DNA of 62,808 nucleotides, the filler included, from Globobulimina sp. (taxonomy: Eukaryota): assembly GCA_003354225.1 (NCBI GenBank). It is 47 parts of 47 records of this genome, joined end to end, with 100 filler letters (N's around TTAATTAATTAA, not from the genome) between each part and the next. Parts side by side here need not be neighbours in the genome. Positions count along the whole stretch, not along the records: positions 34,817 to 36,054 come from PIVH01020339.1; positions 36,155 to 37,392 come from PIVH01020340.1; positions 37,493 to 38,730 come from PIVH01020341.1; positions 38,831 to 40,068 come from PIVH01020342.1; positions 40,169 to 41,406 come from PIVH01020343.1; positions 41,507 to 42,744 come from PIVH01020344.1; positions 42,845 to 44,082 come from PIVH01020345.1; positions 44,183 to 45,420 come from PIVH01020346.1; 39 more parts are not named here. One strand, written 5' to 3'. Made by a program: the position numbers and the translations under genes. The notes beneath the pieces were generated by a model. It was not told where the DNA came from. It did no database searches and was given only the letters and a program-made list of their open reading frames with translations. Below, piece after piece: positions 36,000 to 48,476 of this stretch. The stretch's first letter is position 1; every line of letters begins with the position of its first letter.

Positions 36000-37513
36000 C
36001 TGTTGTAAACTTGTAGTTGTGTCACTTGTGTGTGGCACTGTGGCTATTGACATANNNNNNNNNNNNNNNNNNNNNNNNNNNNNNNNNNNNNNNNNNNNTT
36101 AATTAATTAANNNNNNNNNNNNNNNNNNNNNNNNNNNNNNNNNNNNNNNNNNNNCATTAATAAGGACTACATCTAATAATAAGTGCGATGGAGAGCTCGA
36201 TAATGACGACAAAGAGAATGAGAAAATCAAAAATAGGAAAAGTGAGGTTAAATATAATAATACTCAGCGAACATTGACATTGATTTACGGTAAAAGGAAT
36301 GTTCATAATTTTTATGACTTTTTAATGAATAATATGCATAGATTGTGTCTATCGAACAAGAAATGCCATGATTTAGCATTGCTGTTTTGTGATGAAATGT
36401 TTTTGAATTCGAAATGTTGTTTGATTGAAATGACCAAAAATTTAAGCGGTTATACGGAAAGAAAGAAAGATAAAATGTATACCATGCAATTAAATGGATA
36501 TATTTTACCAAATGTGTATCATAAAATTGTTCATTTACTGCAGAAAACAAAACAAAATGCGTCGATTTCAAGTCAGTTAAATGATGAAATGTGTGTTGGA
36601 ATGAATTATTGTGCAAAGATAAAATTGTTTAGAAAATTAACAAATGATCAAAATGGAAACTTTACGGCAATCAATAAAATTGAAACCAATGCAAAGGATA
36701 AAACATTTGTTGTATATTTACAATGAAGTATGGCTCTTTCTTTTTTTTGTTTCTTTTTCACGCGATATACTTTGTAGACAAACTTCTATTTATTTAAATT
36801 CCGGCCTTCTTTTCAGTTGTGATGCATTTATTGAGTAATCAAATATATATTTGATAGCTTTAAAAAGCTCCATCTCAGTTTTCATTTGATGCATATATGT
36901 CCGATAATTAACAACAATATTTCCATTATAAAAAAACGAGTGTTTTCGGATTTTACACTATTCAGCCACAGCTTTTTAATTAAATCAGCAGCGCTTCCTA
37001 TGACTAATCTTGATTTCCAGATGGCCAAAATTTCACTAAATCCACCTCCCCCAATCTCTACAGTCATACAATACCATATTTATACACAAGATTATGATCA
37101 TTTTATTTGCCTTTACTTTGTTTTCACAGAAGCATGGCACTCTTGTTTGCTATAATTGTGATTCTGATGATTGTGAACAGTGATGTCTTGACATTTTAAC
37201 ATTTCATATTTTTTTTACTTTTACAACTTTTGATACAAAAAGAAAGGGTATCAATCACAGTGATTTCGTGGCCTTTTGTAAGCAAAATGTAATAAAATAC
37301 ATACAAATATTATTTTACCCATAAATGCAACAAAGTAATTATTGAGTCCTTTATATTTTTGCATGGATAATAACAGACAGAAAAGCAGTTTANNNNNNNN
37401 NNNNNNNNNNNNNNNNNNNNNNNNNNNNNNNNNNNNTTAATTAATTAANNNNNNNNNNNNNNNNNNNNNNNNNNNNNNNNNNNNNNNNNNNNTTTTCCAT
37501 GTACTTCTTAAAT

Positions 37514-38163
37514 TCATTCAAAGTGGTTGCATTCAAATTGTAAATGGTGCATCATTTTTTGCCGCGGCAGCTTTTCTGTGCAGCCCAGCTTGAAATAATC
37601 GCATTTGATTATGTAATTTGGACATTCTGTCTTTAAATGCTGGCTGATTTTCATGCGCAGCCATTTTCTCTTTGCATTGCACGAGAACGGACACGAAACT
37701 TTCAAGTAACTGCAGGTTTCGCGATGAATGGCAAATTCGCGACACACAAAGGATTTGTTGCAATGTTGGCAGGTTTGCTTTCGAAATAGGCATTGTTTGG
37801 ACAAATGAGTGGACAATAAACCAAAGGCACCCTTCCATTTACAGTCATTGTTTGGACATTTGCTCTCTAATTTGAATTGTTGTCCTTCTACAAAGCGGGA
37901 ACGTTTGATATCGATTACATCGACGCAATTGGCACAATTTGGACATTGTTTAATGGCCGTATTATTCCAACACGAAGCACAACATAGATGTCCTTTGTTG
38001 CACGACAATTCACGGATATCCGTACAAACGAGTTTGCATCTTATAAACAAATTGAATTATTTCATGTTTGCAAATCAGAAATGGACAAACAAAACTTGAT
38101 GCACATGAATGCTGAGGCAAAGCCTGGATTTGCAAATAAATTCTTGTCGAAACCTGTTGCCAT
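37514..38163 (-). CDS. RING plus TRAF-type zinc-finger protein
   Basis: Intron 38040-38095 gives CIK|CKLVC...CNKGHLCCASC...CPNC (RING); CPNNDCKWKG...HLSKQC, CPFSC...HLKTEC, CDYFKLGC...HHLQFEC. Confidence 0.88.
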
Positions 38164-38311
38164 GATGTTAAGGTTTTTTTTAATACACTTTAAAATTGTG
38201 AGCGACGATGATTTTGAAAATATTAGTTTAAAGAAGTTGGAAGTTCAAAGTTGAGATGTTACATTTTCAAAATTAAATCTGTTTGACCTTGAACATACGA
38301 ATCGTTTGTAT

Positions 38312-38730
38312 TCAATCTGAGATCGATGAGAATGTACATGTACTGATTGAAGATAATGGCGATAAAATGCAATTATTTTGTGATGTTGGTGTTGTTGTAC
38401 TGATTGCTGTTTCTGAATATGATGGTATAGAATGTACAGAACTCACTGCTGAATAATTTGGTGAATATATTGGACTGGTCACAGAATGTGGTGCTGAATA
38501 TGTTGATGTTGGCGAATAAATTGGTGATGTTGGTGAATAAATTTGTGGTGTTGGCGATGTTGGTGTCGGTGATGTTGGCGAATACATTGATCGCAATGAC
38601 TTATTTGACGATGACATATATGTAACATATGACGATGATGAATCATAAGATGATTCTGATAATTCTGGATTGGATGACGATGAAAAATAATTTCTCATTA
38701 AAATATCATCATTCAATGGGGAATATCCTC
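38312..38730 (-). CDS. Ser/Pro/Thr-rich protein end with YSPTSP heptad-like repeats
   Basis: YSPTSPTPTSPTPQIYSPTSPIYSPTSTYS. Confidence 0.55.
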
Positions 38731-38830
38731 NNNNNNNNNNNNNNNNNNNNNNNNNNNNNNNNNNNNNNNNNNNNTTAATTAATTAANNNNNNNNNNNNNN
38801 NNNNNNNNNNNNNNNNNNNNNNNNNNNNNN

Positions 38831-39319
38831 TCAGGTTTTTTGCCAAAAGTCCAAAAAACAATACAATTTCGACGCATGGAGGTAAAAAAGTTCTTGACAT
38901 ACTAAAATCTTATTAGTATTTCTGTTTAGGAAGTGAACGGATATCACATAAATGTTCTCGATCTTGATACAATGAAAACTTATGTTGATTATGTGCCTCA
39001 GTGTGAAGACCCCACTGTGTCGTCAGAGAAGATATGTACTGAGGGACCATGGCAATTTTTTACACCAAGAGCAAGGGACTGGTTTGTAAACCTGTTTATG
39101 GCAATGCATGTCAAATGTGAGCGTGTCCATAAATTAAAGGTCCCAAATATCATTAATCAATATCTTCGAAATCAACATCCTGGATTCCTGAGTGTGCATC
39201 ACCCCAAATGCACTTACACTTTTGAAGCAGAAGTCGGTGATTTCGATATTACTATAGTTGCAAATACTACTACCCCTGATATTGTTGTACATAAATTTCG
39301 TGTCAGAGCCAGAATGTAA
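38831..39319 (+). CDS. Orphan gene convergent with pPolB, intron-containing
   Basis: Intron 38882-38929 joins FRRME|EVNGYHINV in frame; stop at 39319. Confidence 0.6.
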
Positions 39320-39386
39320 ATGCTTTTATTGTAAACACTTTTTATTGTGAATGTATAAAACTTATAACAAAATCAATCAATTGTTA

Positions 39387-40068
39387 TCATTCTTGCCAAC
39401 CAATGGGTAAACTGGGGTGGTCCACACTTTCTCTCCATAACCGTTTGCTGAATGTAACTTTTAGTCGTTTGTCCATATGTTTTGAGACAATTGTGCCAGT
39501 TTTCTTATACCGTTTCATCAGTCTCTGCGGAACGGTCACAATGTCATTGTCTTTGATCAAAGTAATCAAGGAATGAGCTGTGACTTTTTTGCTGGCTTGC
39601 ACAGTCAAACGAATACCCTTGCATTTGATTATAGTATCAATTTCCTCGCCTAAAAACCATGCATTTATAGTAAAATCACACATCTTTTGTGAATATACTT
39701 GTTCTTTTGTCAGTTATTATCATGGCATAAGTTTTTGGTCCGGCTGCAGCAAATTCAGAAATGATGGCATTCTCTCCATACTTTTTCCCATATTTTTCAA
39801 ATATCTCATCTGTCAACTGACCAAGAAGGGGTCCAGTCACCAAATCCTGCTCTCCCGCTCGTTTAACCCAAACAACTGAATCTGAAAAACCATAAAATAG
39901 TGAAAAAGTCCTAAAGAAGTCTTATGTCTGACCTGTATCAAAATACAAAGTTCTTTTGCCAGTCTTCTCTAACTCATTATACAACTTCAATCTAGCCATG
40001 GCAGTGGTGAATGAAGCATGGACAACTGAAGTTTTTGGGTCGATTTTTTCATATTCCGGCTTGTCCTT
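39387..40068 (-). CDS. Protein-primed family B DNA polymerase (Polinton type), C-terminal part, two introns
   Basis: ASFTTAMARLKLY...LYFDT|DSVV (intron 39882-39932), LGQLTDE, GPKTYA, intron 39650-39698, KCKGI, TFSKR...SLPIGW*. Confidence 0.93.
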
Positions 40069-40168
40069 NNNNNNNNNNNNNNNNNNNNNNNNNNNNNNNN
40101 NNNNNNNNNNNNTTAATTAATTAANNNNNNNNNNNNNNNNNNNNNNNNNNNNNNNNNNNNNNNNNNNN

Positions 40169-40547
40169 TTCTGGTTTGTTTTTCACTTTTATTTATTTGT
40201 ATATTTCCATTATCAGTTATTATGGTTTCTGCTTTTTCTTCTTTTTCAAGTTTTGGTTCGATTGCTTTGACTTGTTGCGGTCCATCAAAATGCGAAATGC
40301 CATTTTTATTCAATGTCATGCATAAATTATCGATTGGTTCATCATTTACAGTGATACTCACATTTAAATTAAATGGCATGGCTGCCAAATATTTACCAAA
40401 TCTTACATGAAATGGTGTTGATTTAAATGTCTTATTATCGTGTTTAACAATAATAATATCAACAGCGCCACTAAAACTTGATGGATTGCTTGATTTTGAT
40501 GTCAATGCTTGGGTGGTTGCAGCTGCCATGTTCCACAAAGTACTCAT
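40169..40547 (-). CDS. Lipin/Pah1 phosphatidate phosphatase, N-LIP domain
   Basis: NPSSFSGAVDIIIVKH...FKSTPFHVRFGK. Confidence 0.93.
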
Positions 40548-40586
40548 AGTTTTTGGTGTTCAACTTTATGGTAATGGACAACAGTG

Positions 40587-41406
40587 ATGTCCAAATATTG
40601 GAATATAAAAATATTTTGTTTTGGTACAATCATTGGAATATGTATATCAATGTTGATAACCACATTTCTTATTATTTCAGATTATGAATCATATTCATTG
40701 CAAGCAATATATAAAAATGAAAATAAACGGATTGAGCAGCAGCACCATCTATCTCTGTTCAACAAAATAAAATCACCTTTGAATCAGGTGCCATTCCATT
40801 TAAATCGCACCACAAACAATGCACAACAGTTAAAATTGAAACGTAACAGATATGGAGGCAGTGATATTGACCCACAACATCTAGGTGGCTTTTTTCAAAA
40901 TGATACCAATTCCTATGAGACACAAATGTGGCAATGGGCAATACGTAAATTCAATATTAAATCAGTAATGGATGTTGGCTGTGGCATGGGATATTCGACT
41001 TTATTTTTTGCCAAACATCCAAAGATTGAGCGTGTATTATGCATTGAAGGCAGTTCTGATGCTATGAACAAATCATTAGTCCCAACTCTCACAGTCCAAC
41101 ATGATTATACATTGGGTCCGTATTGGCCATCGAATGTGTATGATATGGTTTGGTGTGTCGAATTTTTGGAACATGTGAATGAAACATATATGCCTCATTA
41201 TATGGCAACATTTAAAAAAGCCAAATATTTATTTGTAACTGGCGCTGTTTTGGGTGGATGGCATCATACAAATGTACAGAAACCACAATATTGGATTGAC
41301 GTATTTAGGTCCTATAATTTTATATATTTACCAGGTATTACAGATGAAGCGAGACGCAATTGTCTAAATCGTTCCTGGCAATTACAAGATTCATATCATG
41401 ATACAA
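40587..41406 (+). CDS. Type II membrane SAM-dependent methyltransferase
   Basis: N-terminal TM, HLGGF, MDVGCGMG, HDYTLGP, WCVEFLEHV, GGWHH. Confidence 0.85.
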
Positions 41407-41506
41407 NNNNNNNNNNNNNNNNNNNNNNNNNNNNNNNNNNNNNNNNNNNNTTAATTAATTAANNNNNNNNNNNNNNNNNNNNNNNNNNNNNNNNNNNNNN
41501 NNNNNN

Positions 41507-42744
41507 TGGCAATTCTTACCTCCTTTTTTCAATATCTCCTGCTGACAATTTTCAATCCCTTTCGAAATGCACTCAAAGGATTCAATATATTCAATTCCCA
41601 GCGGATTATCCACCATTTCCTGCGTCAAACCATTTGGCAAATTGCCACTAACCACAGCTGGTTTAGCCACTTTCTGTACAGTCGGCGCAGCAGAAACAAC
41701 TTTCTTTTTCGCAGACTGTTTCCTTTGTTGCTGCTTAACCTGAACCTGAACAGCCGCAGTTTGCTGAGGCTTCGTTTCCACTTTCTTTCGAACAGCAATT
41801 GCTTGTTTTTTCACCACTGGAAAATGAGTAATTTTAATCAACTGCTTAGTAATCACAGTATGCCCCTCAGTCAATACAGGTTTCCTTAGCTTAAAACAGC
41901 ACGCAATCAATGATGGAATCCATATATATATGTCATGCTATATTAATATGTATGGACTCCATTATTGAATTCACGAACTACCTTAAGTACAATCTGTAAA
42001 TCTGCCATTTTTTTACGTTCATTTTCTGGTTTAATAGTCACGGTTTCTTTGATCGAGGACTGTTCCAACAAAGGCTTCAATTTCAAAACGCCTTCGCCCA
42101 GCAACAGATCGCCTAAAAACTTCTTTTGATACAAACAAATATGCAATTTACCAAACTTCACCTTGCTTTTCAACCGTTTATTCCGTTCAATCTTACATCT
42201 TTTCTTAATGCCAAAATCAACGGAAAACTTGACCTTTTTCGAAGGCGTAGTAATATCGCATAAGTTTTCAATTTTCAGTGTTAAATACACATTCAACGAC
42301 CCCTTCGCTGCCAAATTTGATAGCTTCCCCACAATTACTCGCAATTCATTCTCTTCAATGTCGTTATTTACGTTCAAAGACTTCACTTTAATCGCAAACA
42401 TTTCATATGTTGGCGTTTCTAACTCCAACTTTTCACATTGCAGCACTTTCTGCAGCATCACATGTGATTCTTTTGCATATTTCAGTAACATTTGCGTCTG
42501 TTTATCGTCATCGGTTTGCAAAAAGGACGCGTCCGATTTACATTCTTCAATCTGCAGTTTCAACCGCTTGATAATCTTCGTATATTCGCCTTGTTCCGTC
42601 GCCGATAATCGCCTCGCTTTAGGCGCTGCTTTCTGTGCTGGAACCGCCTGTTTCTTATTTATATGAACATGGCCATCCCGGATCTCTGGCGGCAAGTCTT
42701 TCAATTTCGGTTTGATGGCACCGCTGCGCACAAAGGGTAGCATT
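41507..42744 (-). CDS. C2-domain coiled-coil protein (CC2D1/Lgd-like), spliced fragment
   Basis: ELRVIVGKLSNL...YQKKFLGDLLLGEGVLKLKPLLEQ; intron 41890-41981 gives IVLK|LRKPV. Confidence 0.6.
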
Positions 42745-43168
42745 NNNNNNNNNNNNNNNNNNNNNNNNNNNNNNNNNNNNNNNNNNNNTTAATTAATTAA
42801 NNNNNNNNNNNNNNNNNNNNNNNNNNNNNNNNNNNNNNNNNNNNAAAATCATACATTCTATAATGTAGGATCACATTTTGCCTGGGAAAGGTCGCCCAGA
42901 CTTCTGTAGTCCTACATTATGATCATTTGTATGATTCTTCCTCTTATAGGAGTTACCACTGTATAGAGGATTTCTCGCTGATGTTTATGTAAATATTTTA
43001 TCGGATTTTGTTTTCGGACTGTACGATGTTATTCTATATCATCGATTGTATTTCAAAATTAACAATTTTTTATTAGTTTTATCTTTGTTTTCACATGTTT
43101 TGATTTGTTTTAACCTTTGAAGATTTTATCATTAAAAATCTTGCTCTGAAATTTCACAAAAAAAAAAC

Positions 43169-43257
43169 TCATTTCCTGTGCCCAAAACACAAATTATAAG
43201 TCATTTCCTGTGCCGAAAACACAAATTATAAGTCATTTCCTGTGCCCAAAACACAAA
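43169..43257 (+). repeat. 32-bp tandem repeat, about 2.8 copies
   Basis: TCATTTCCTGTGCC(C/G)AAAACACAAATTATAAG at 43169, 43201, 43233. Confidence 0.92.
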
Positions 43258-44557
43258 TCAATTTTTTTATTAATTTATCTTTGATTTTAATTTTTCTTTT
43301 CACCAACCTCTTATTTGGATTATTAATATTTTTTTTACAAAATTCAGACATTTTGTCTGCATTAACTACGAATTTATCTTCATGTTGCAATATTGTAATG
43401 CCATCTACCCCTGTATACAAACCATTAACAAGTCTTTGTTTATTTGTTTGTTATATTTGGATTGTCACTTTTTAACATTTTCCATGAAAATTCAGGTTGT
43501 TTAATATTAGCTAAATATTTTATTCTCTCTCTAAATATTGTTTGAATGCATTGAACTGAATATAATGATTTATTTTCCTATGATTTTACTGTCGCAATTA
43601 TTTTTTTTTGTTAAGAGAACACCATGATTCACCTAGGATATCTTAGTACTCAAAAATTTTCCTAACAATATATATATTATTTATAATGTGTGTATATATA
43701 TATATATATTATTTATAATTTATATCAATTGATATACCTGGTGTATAATCTAATGAACTGGTGTATTAAAGAGACATGGTTGAATTCTTCTGATTCTGAA
43801 TTTAATATATAAATGTCACCAAATTCATTAAATTGAACATTAAATAATGTATTATTTTTCTTATCCACTGCAATTCCTTGCTGTTGTGATTTACATAAAT
43901 TAATTTATTTATCCACGGTTTATGTTCAATTATCGACCATTTATCTTGGCAGATAGATGGATATACAGTAGTGTTCCCGATAAGAGGTACGCATATTAGT
44001 ACTAATATATATATTAGTTGCACTAATATATTTATAGAATGGAGCACATGTCACGCATTTTTTTACTAATATATAATATATANNNNNNNNNNNNNNNNNN
44101 NNNNNNNNNNNNNNNNNNNNNNNNNNTTAATTAATTAANNNNNNNNNNNNNNNNNNNNNNNNNNNNNNNNNNNNNNNNNNNNAGATGTTACTGCGAGATG
44201 GAATGGATGTGGTCCGCAATTGTTGTTATTACCAAAAAATATGTTTCCAGTGATTGGACAAATGGGTGTCGGTGTCGGTGTCGTTGTGAGTGAAACTAAC
44301 GGTGATGAGATAACTGCAGTTGGTATTGATGGCCATGGAGATAAAACAATAATAAAGTTGGTCTGATTAGGCGGGATTTGTGGTTGTTGCTGGATTATTG
44401 CTTGGTTGATATTATGAGTTTGGCAAATCATGCCTAAACAGTCGCGTGCTCAACAAAGTTTCAACCAAATTATTTTCAAAAACATTTTAAAGCTTGACAA
44501 AATGTGCAGATAAATATAAATAGCAAACGTCAAACACAACAACCAATACCAAATGAA

Positions 44558-45420
44558 TCAATCATTTTTTTCATGCTCTAATTTTTTACACCATTTATTG
44601 CATTGCCAGACACAAAAAATAACGAGAACCAACATAGTAACTGTGACAATCGCAATAAACCATCTTTGTGAATTATCAAACTTTGAATTTAATGACTCGG
44701 GCATTACCCAATGGTCAATATCATAAAACCTTCGTTCCACATTAATTCTATGCTGTTGTTTATTATGTTCATCCATTTGCCACAACTGATATTCAATGTA
44801 AATCCTACCACCAATCTTATAGTCCTCATGCAACTCTTCCATCCATTTATTATGATAGATATACTTATCGCCACTCCAATGATTGATATCCAATGTAATC
44901 ACATATGTCTCATCGTCATTGAATATCCGCGCAAAATTAAATATTTTCAGTCTCAACGTACTTTTTGGCGGCGAGGAGCTCAGAGCAAATGAAGAGCTCT
45001 CATTTCCCAAACAATAATCAAAAGTAATATTCTCTGAATATATCTCATACGCTGTCAACTCTTCCCATACTTTACTATCACTGACCACATCACTAAAATA
45101 ACAATGTAACTGTACGACAGATGCAATCACACCGTCCTCAGCGATGAAAAAACACGGTTTATCCCCATCCAGTTCCACATCATAATCACTTCTGCCATGC
45201 GCATTGAGCTCTGCTTGGGTCATGAGCTCACACTGCGTCATATTTGCAGATAATATGTTCAATTTACAATTATAATCTCGATATTCTGCGCAATTTACGC
45301 CTTTCTTATCACGCGGACAGTAACAGGTACATAAGGAGGAGGTGTATGATAAACAAATGTCATAATACCCGCTGCTGCATTGCCCTCTAATCACATTACA
45401 AAATGTGGAATTAAAATACG
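44558..45420 (-). CDS. EGF-like domain single-pass membrane protein, 3' part
   Basis: CTCYCPRDKKGVNC; C-terminal TM WFIAIVTVTMLVLVIFCVW. Confidence 0.7.
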
Positions 45421-45520
45421 NNNNNNNNNNNNNNNNNNNNNNNNNNNNNNNNNNNNNNNNNNNNTTAATTAATTAANNNNNNNNNNNNNNNNNNNNNNNN
45501 NNNNNNNNNNNNNNNNNNNN

Positions 45521-46758
45521 GTTCTCGGTCGCAATTGATTGATATTAAGTACATACAGGCGTAGTTTTCGGCCGACTTTCCATGGCTGTTGTTGTCTTTT
45601 TAACTTTCTCTTTTTCTTGGTACATACTTGCTTTCGATTTTCGGCTTTCCATAGCCATTGGTCGACGTTTTCTTTCCTCTTTTTCGGTCGATTTTTAGTC
45701 TTTTTGTCGCCGGTTCTATGGAGTCGTTTCTGGACTGTTGATTTTCGAATTTTCAGCCGAATTTTTCTGTTTTCTTTCTTCTTTCGTATACCAGTTTTCT
45801 GTCGATTTTTGGTGATGAATAGTTGCCCTTCGTCCTCGTTTTCACAAGTTTTGTTTTCTTTGGAAAATTTGGGCATGACCCGTAGCCGATTTTCTACTAC
45901 TCCATTTTGAACTTGATTTTCGTCACTCCATGCACAAGTGTTGCTTATCGAAGAAAAATCGGGCATGACCCGTAGCCGTTTTGACAAAACTGCATCTCGA
46001 CCGACGATTTCTTCTTTACCCATTTGGGCGATGATGCTCTTTTGAGCGCCGCGAACGCCGATTTTCTTTTCGTTTTTTGTCTTTGTTGTGTTGATGCTCG
46101 TTTGAGCGCCGCGAACGCCGATTTTCTTTTCTTCTTGGGTCTTTGTTGTGATGAGTTTTTCTTCACCAATCTTTGTTGTGATGAGTTTTTCACTATTCTT
46201 TGTGGGACCTTTGTGGTTGTTTAGCCATTGACAGATGATATACATTCCTGTTGCTATTCCCATGATGATGAACCAATGGTTGTTTCCAAAATTTAGATGG
46301 CAAAATTTTGCACGTTTTTGCTCAAAAATCTTTTTCCTGTCCATCTCTATAACTGTTGTGTTGTCTAGAAAAGAGCAAAATGTAGATATTGGACATTCTT
46401 CAACTATCAGTTGTTTCTCTTTGAGTACCCTTTCTCTCATCTCCATTACTCTCTGAGTCGTCCCATTTGTTTGTACAGTACCTTCGACGCTTTGTAACAG
46501 TACCAATATCAATATGGCACTTGTACAGTACATACTTGGACACATAATTGAAACTTTTATACCGTTTTTATCCTTCCATTCTCGTTTCTGGATCGGTTTC
46601 TTTCCTTTGACTGATTTCTGTTGAATTCGTGATGGTTTCCCCACTTCAGTCTTCTTATTTGTCTTTTGTTGAGCCGTCCTTGGTGAATCCAAAATCCCAT
46701 TAGCTGCCACCATTGTTGTAGGATGATCGAGTGGATTCGTTGTTGTGAGGCTGTTGAG
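45521..46758 (-). mobile_element. Probable non-LTR retrotransposon ORF leading into an APE endonuclease start
   Basis: Intronless frame across the whole contig; basic tract ending LRLYVLNINQLR (APE motif I-like); internal direct repeats. Confidence 0.5.
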
Positions 46759-47276
46759 NNNNNNNNNNNNNNNNNNNNNNNNNNNNNNNNNNNNNNNNNN
46801 NNTTAATTAATTAANNNNNNNNNNNNNNNNNNNNNNNNNNNNNNNNNNNNNNNNNNNNTATAAATATTAAAAAATTAAAAACAACGCAATTATTTGCTGA
46901 CATTTCAGAAATGCACAATTTAAACGGAAACACACATGAACGCTCATTCGCGAATTGATTGAGTTTATGCTCTATGCCCTCTCCTTTCTTCTTTTTCTTT
47001 TGCGTTTTAATCTTCTCATTCTTTTTTTTTTCCATTTGGCTCTCACTATTTATTTATTTATTTATTTATTTGTGTTTGGTATTCATTTTAGAATTATAAT
47101 TAATCCATAAATTCCATACTGGAGTGTCTATGTGCTTTCATTTTAAACGAATATCTTTATACTCTTTAGACTTTGTAGTATGTCGTATGTCGTATTGGAT
47201 TAATTGGAATGAAAAGTGTTTTTCTACTCACTTCGACTTCGAACTGAAGCTGTACTAACTACTCAATCTCAGTGTA

Positions 47277-48096
47277 ATGACATACCAACCAAATCAAGGC
47301 TATAATGATTACAATGATATTAATAAAAGAAAAGAATTCGAATATGAAGAATATGATTATTTGGATGGTGAATATTTCGTCTCCATTGATGTTGAATGTG
47401 CAGCGATAGGTTATGGCCATTTTGACAGTGCGCCATGTCGTATAGCAATGGTAGATTTTTATGGTAATATATTATTTGATGAGATTACAAATGTTCCAAA
47501 TTTGGTGGATCCATTGTCTGAATTTACGGGTTTAACGGCGTGGCAAATTAATAGAAAAGGACAATTATTGCGCAATGTATTATGTATGTTTCATAAGAAA
47601 TTGTCGTATTTAAATAAATTGTACAAATATGGAGTGACTATTATTGGGCAGTCGATTGTGATGGATATAATATGGACGTCATTGCAAAATGGCGTGCATT
47701 ACAACCGCATCATTGACATTGCGCAATTATTTAAAACCTGCGGTACATACAATCGATATCAATATTATTCATTGCGGCAATGTTCGTGGGCCCTTTTGAG
47801 CCATCATATGAACGAAAAGTACCACGATCCCACGGAAGACGCACAAATTGCTATGAAATTATATCGCGAATTTTGTTTAAATGGCCAAAGTCTCAGTTAT
47901 GCCAAAGAAAAATTGAAATTATTAAAATCTAAATGCAGTTTTCCAAACTTTAAAGTGCATTGCAAATTTACTCAATGTTCCGGAATGTATTCGCCGTCAA
48001 AATGTTTTTGTAAACAAAAAAGTGCCTATCATTTGAATGGGATTCGCGATTTAGAAAAATTAAGGAAATTATATCAAGAACATCAAAGCAAACCGG
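47277..48096 (+). CDS. DEDDh 3'-5' exonuclease (REX4-like)
   Basis: SIDVECAA, SEFTGLT, IIGQS..MD, YSLRQ, HDPTEDA. Confidence 0.9.
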
Positions 48097-48476
48097 NNNN
48101 NNNNNNNNNNNNNNNNNNNNNNNNNNNNNNNNNNNNNNNNTTAATTAATTAANNNNNNNNNNNNNNNNNNNNNNNNNNNNNNNNNNNNNNNNNNNNAACA
48201 AATACAAACAAAAAAAGACACACATAGTCAATGCAAACACTACAAACAAAAAAATGCCCAAAAAACAAACACATATTATCAATGAAAATCCGGAGCTCGA
48301 TTTTAAACAAAACAAAAAAGCCAACTAGTAAATTAACAAAAAAAACCATAAAAATAAATATTCCTAATATTAAAACTGGAAACAACAAAAAAAAGGTCCA
48401 ATTGCAATAAAAGTCAAACAATATATAAAGCTATTTAATAATATCAATGATCGAATGTTTTGCTAAATATAATTTG

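Noticed and set aside
36155-37392. ORFs in this contig
   Set aside because: No recognisable motif or confident exon structure, so left unannotated
28123-40068. Apparent cluster of TIR, NOX, TRAF and Polinton genes as a defence or viral island
   Set aside because: Separate contigs ordered by length; proximity carries no information
43169-43257. 32-bp repeats as a CRISPR array
   Set aside because: Head-to-tail copies with no spacers, no cas genes, eukaryotic context
43226-43420. Possible KilA-N-like fragment (ITILQHEDKFVVNADKM)
   Set aside because: Resemblance too weak and short; ORF ends in a tandem repeat
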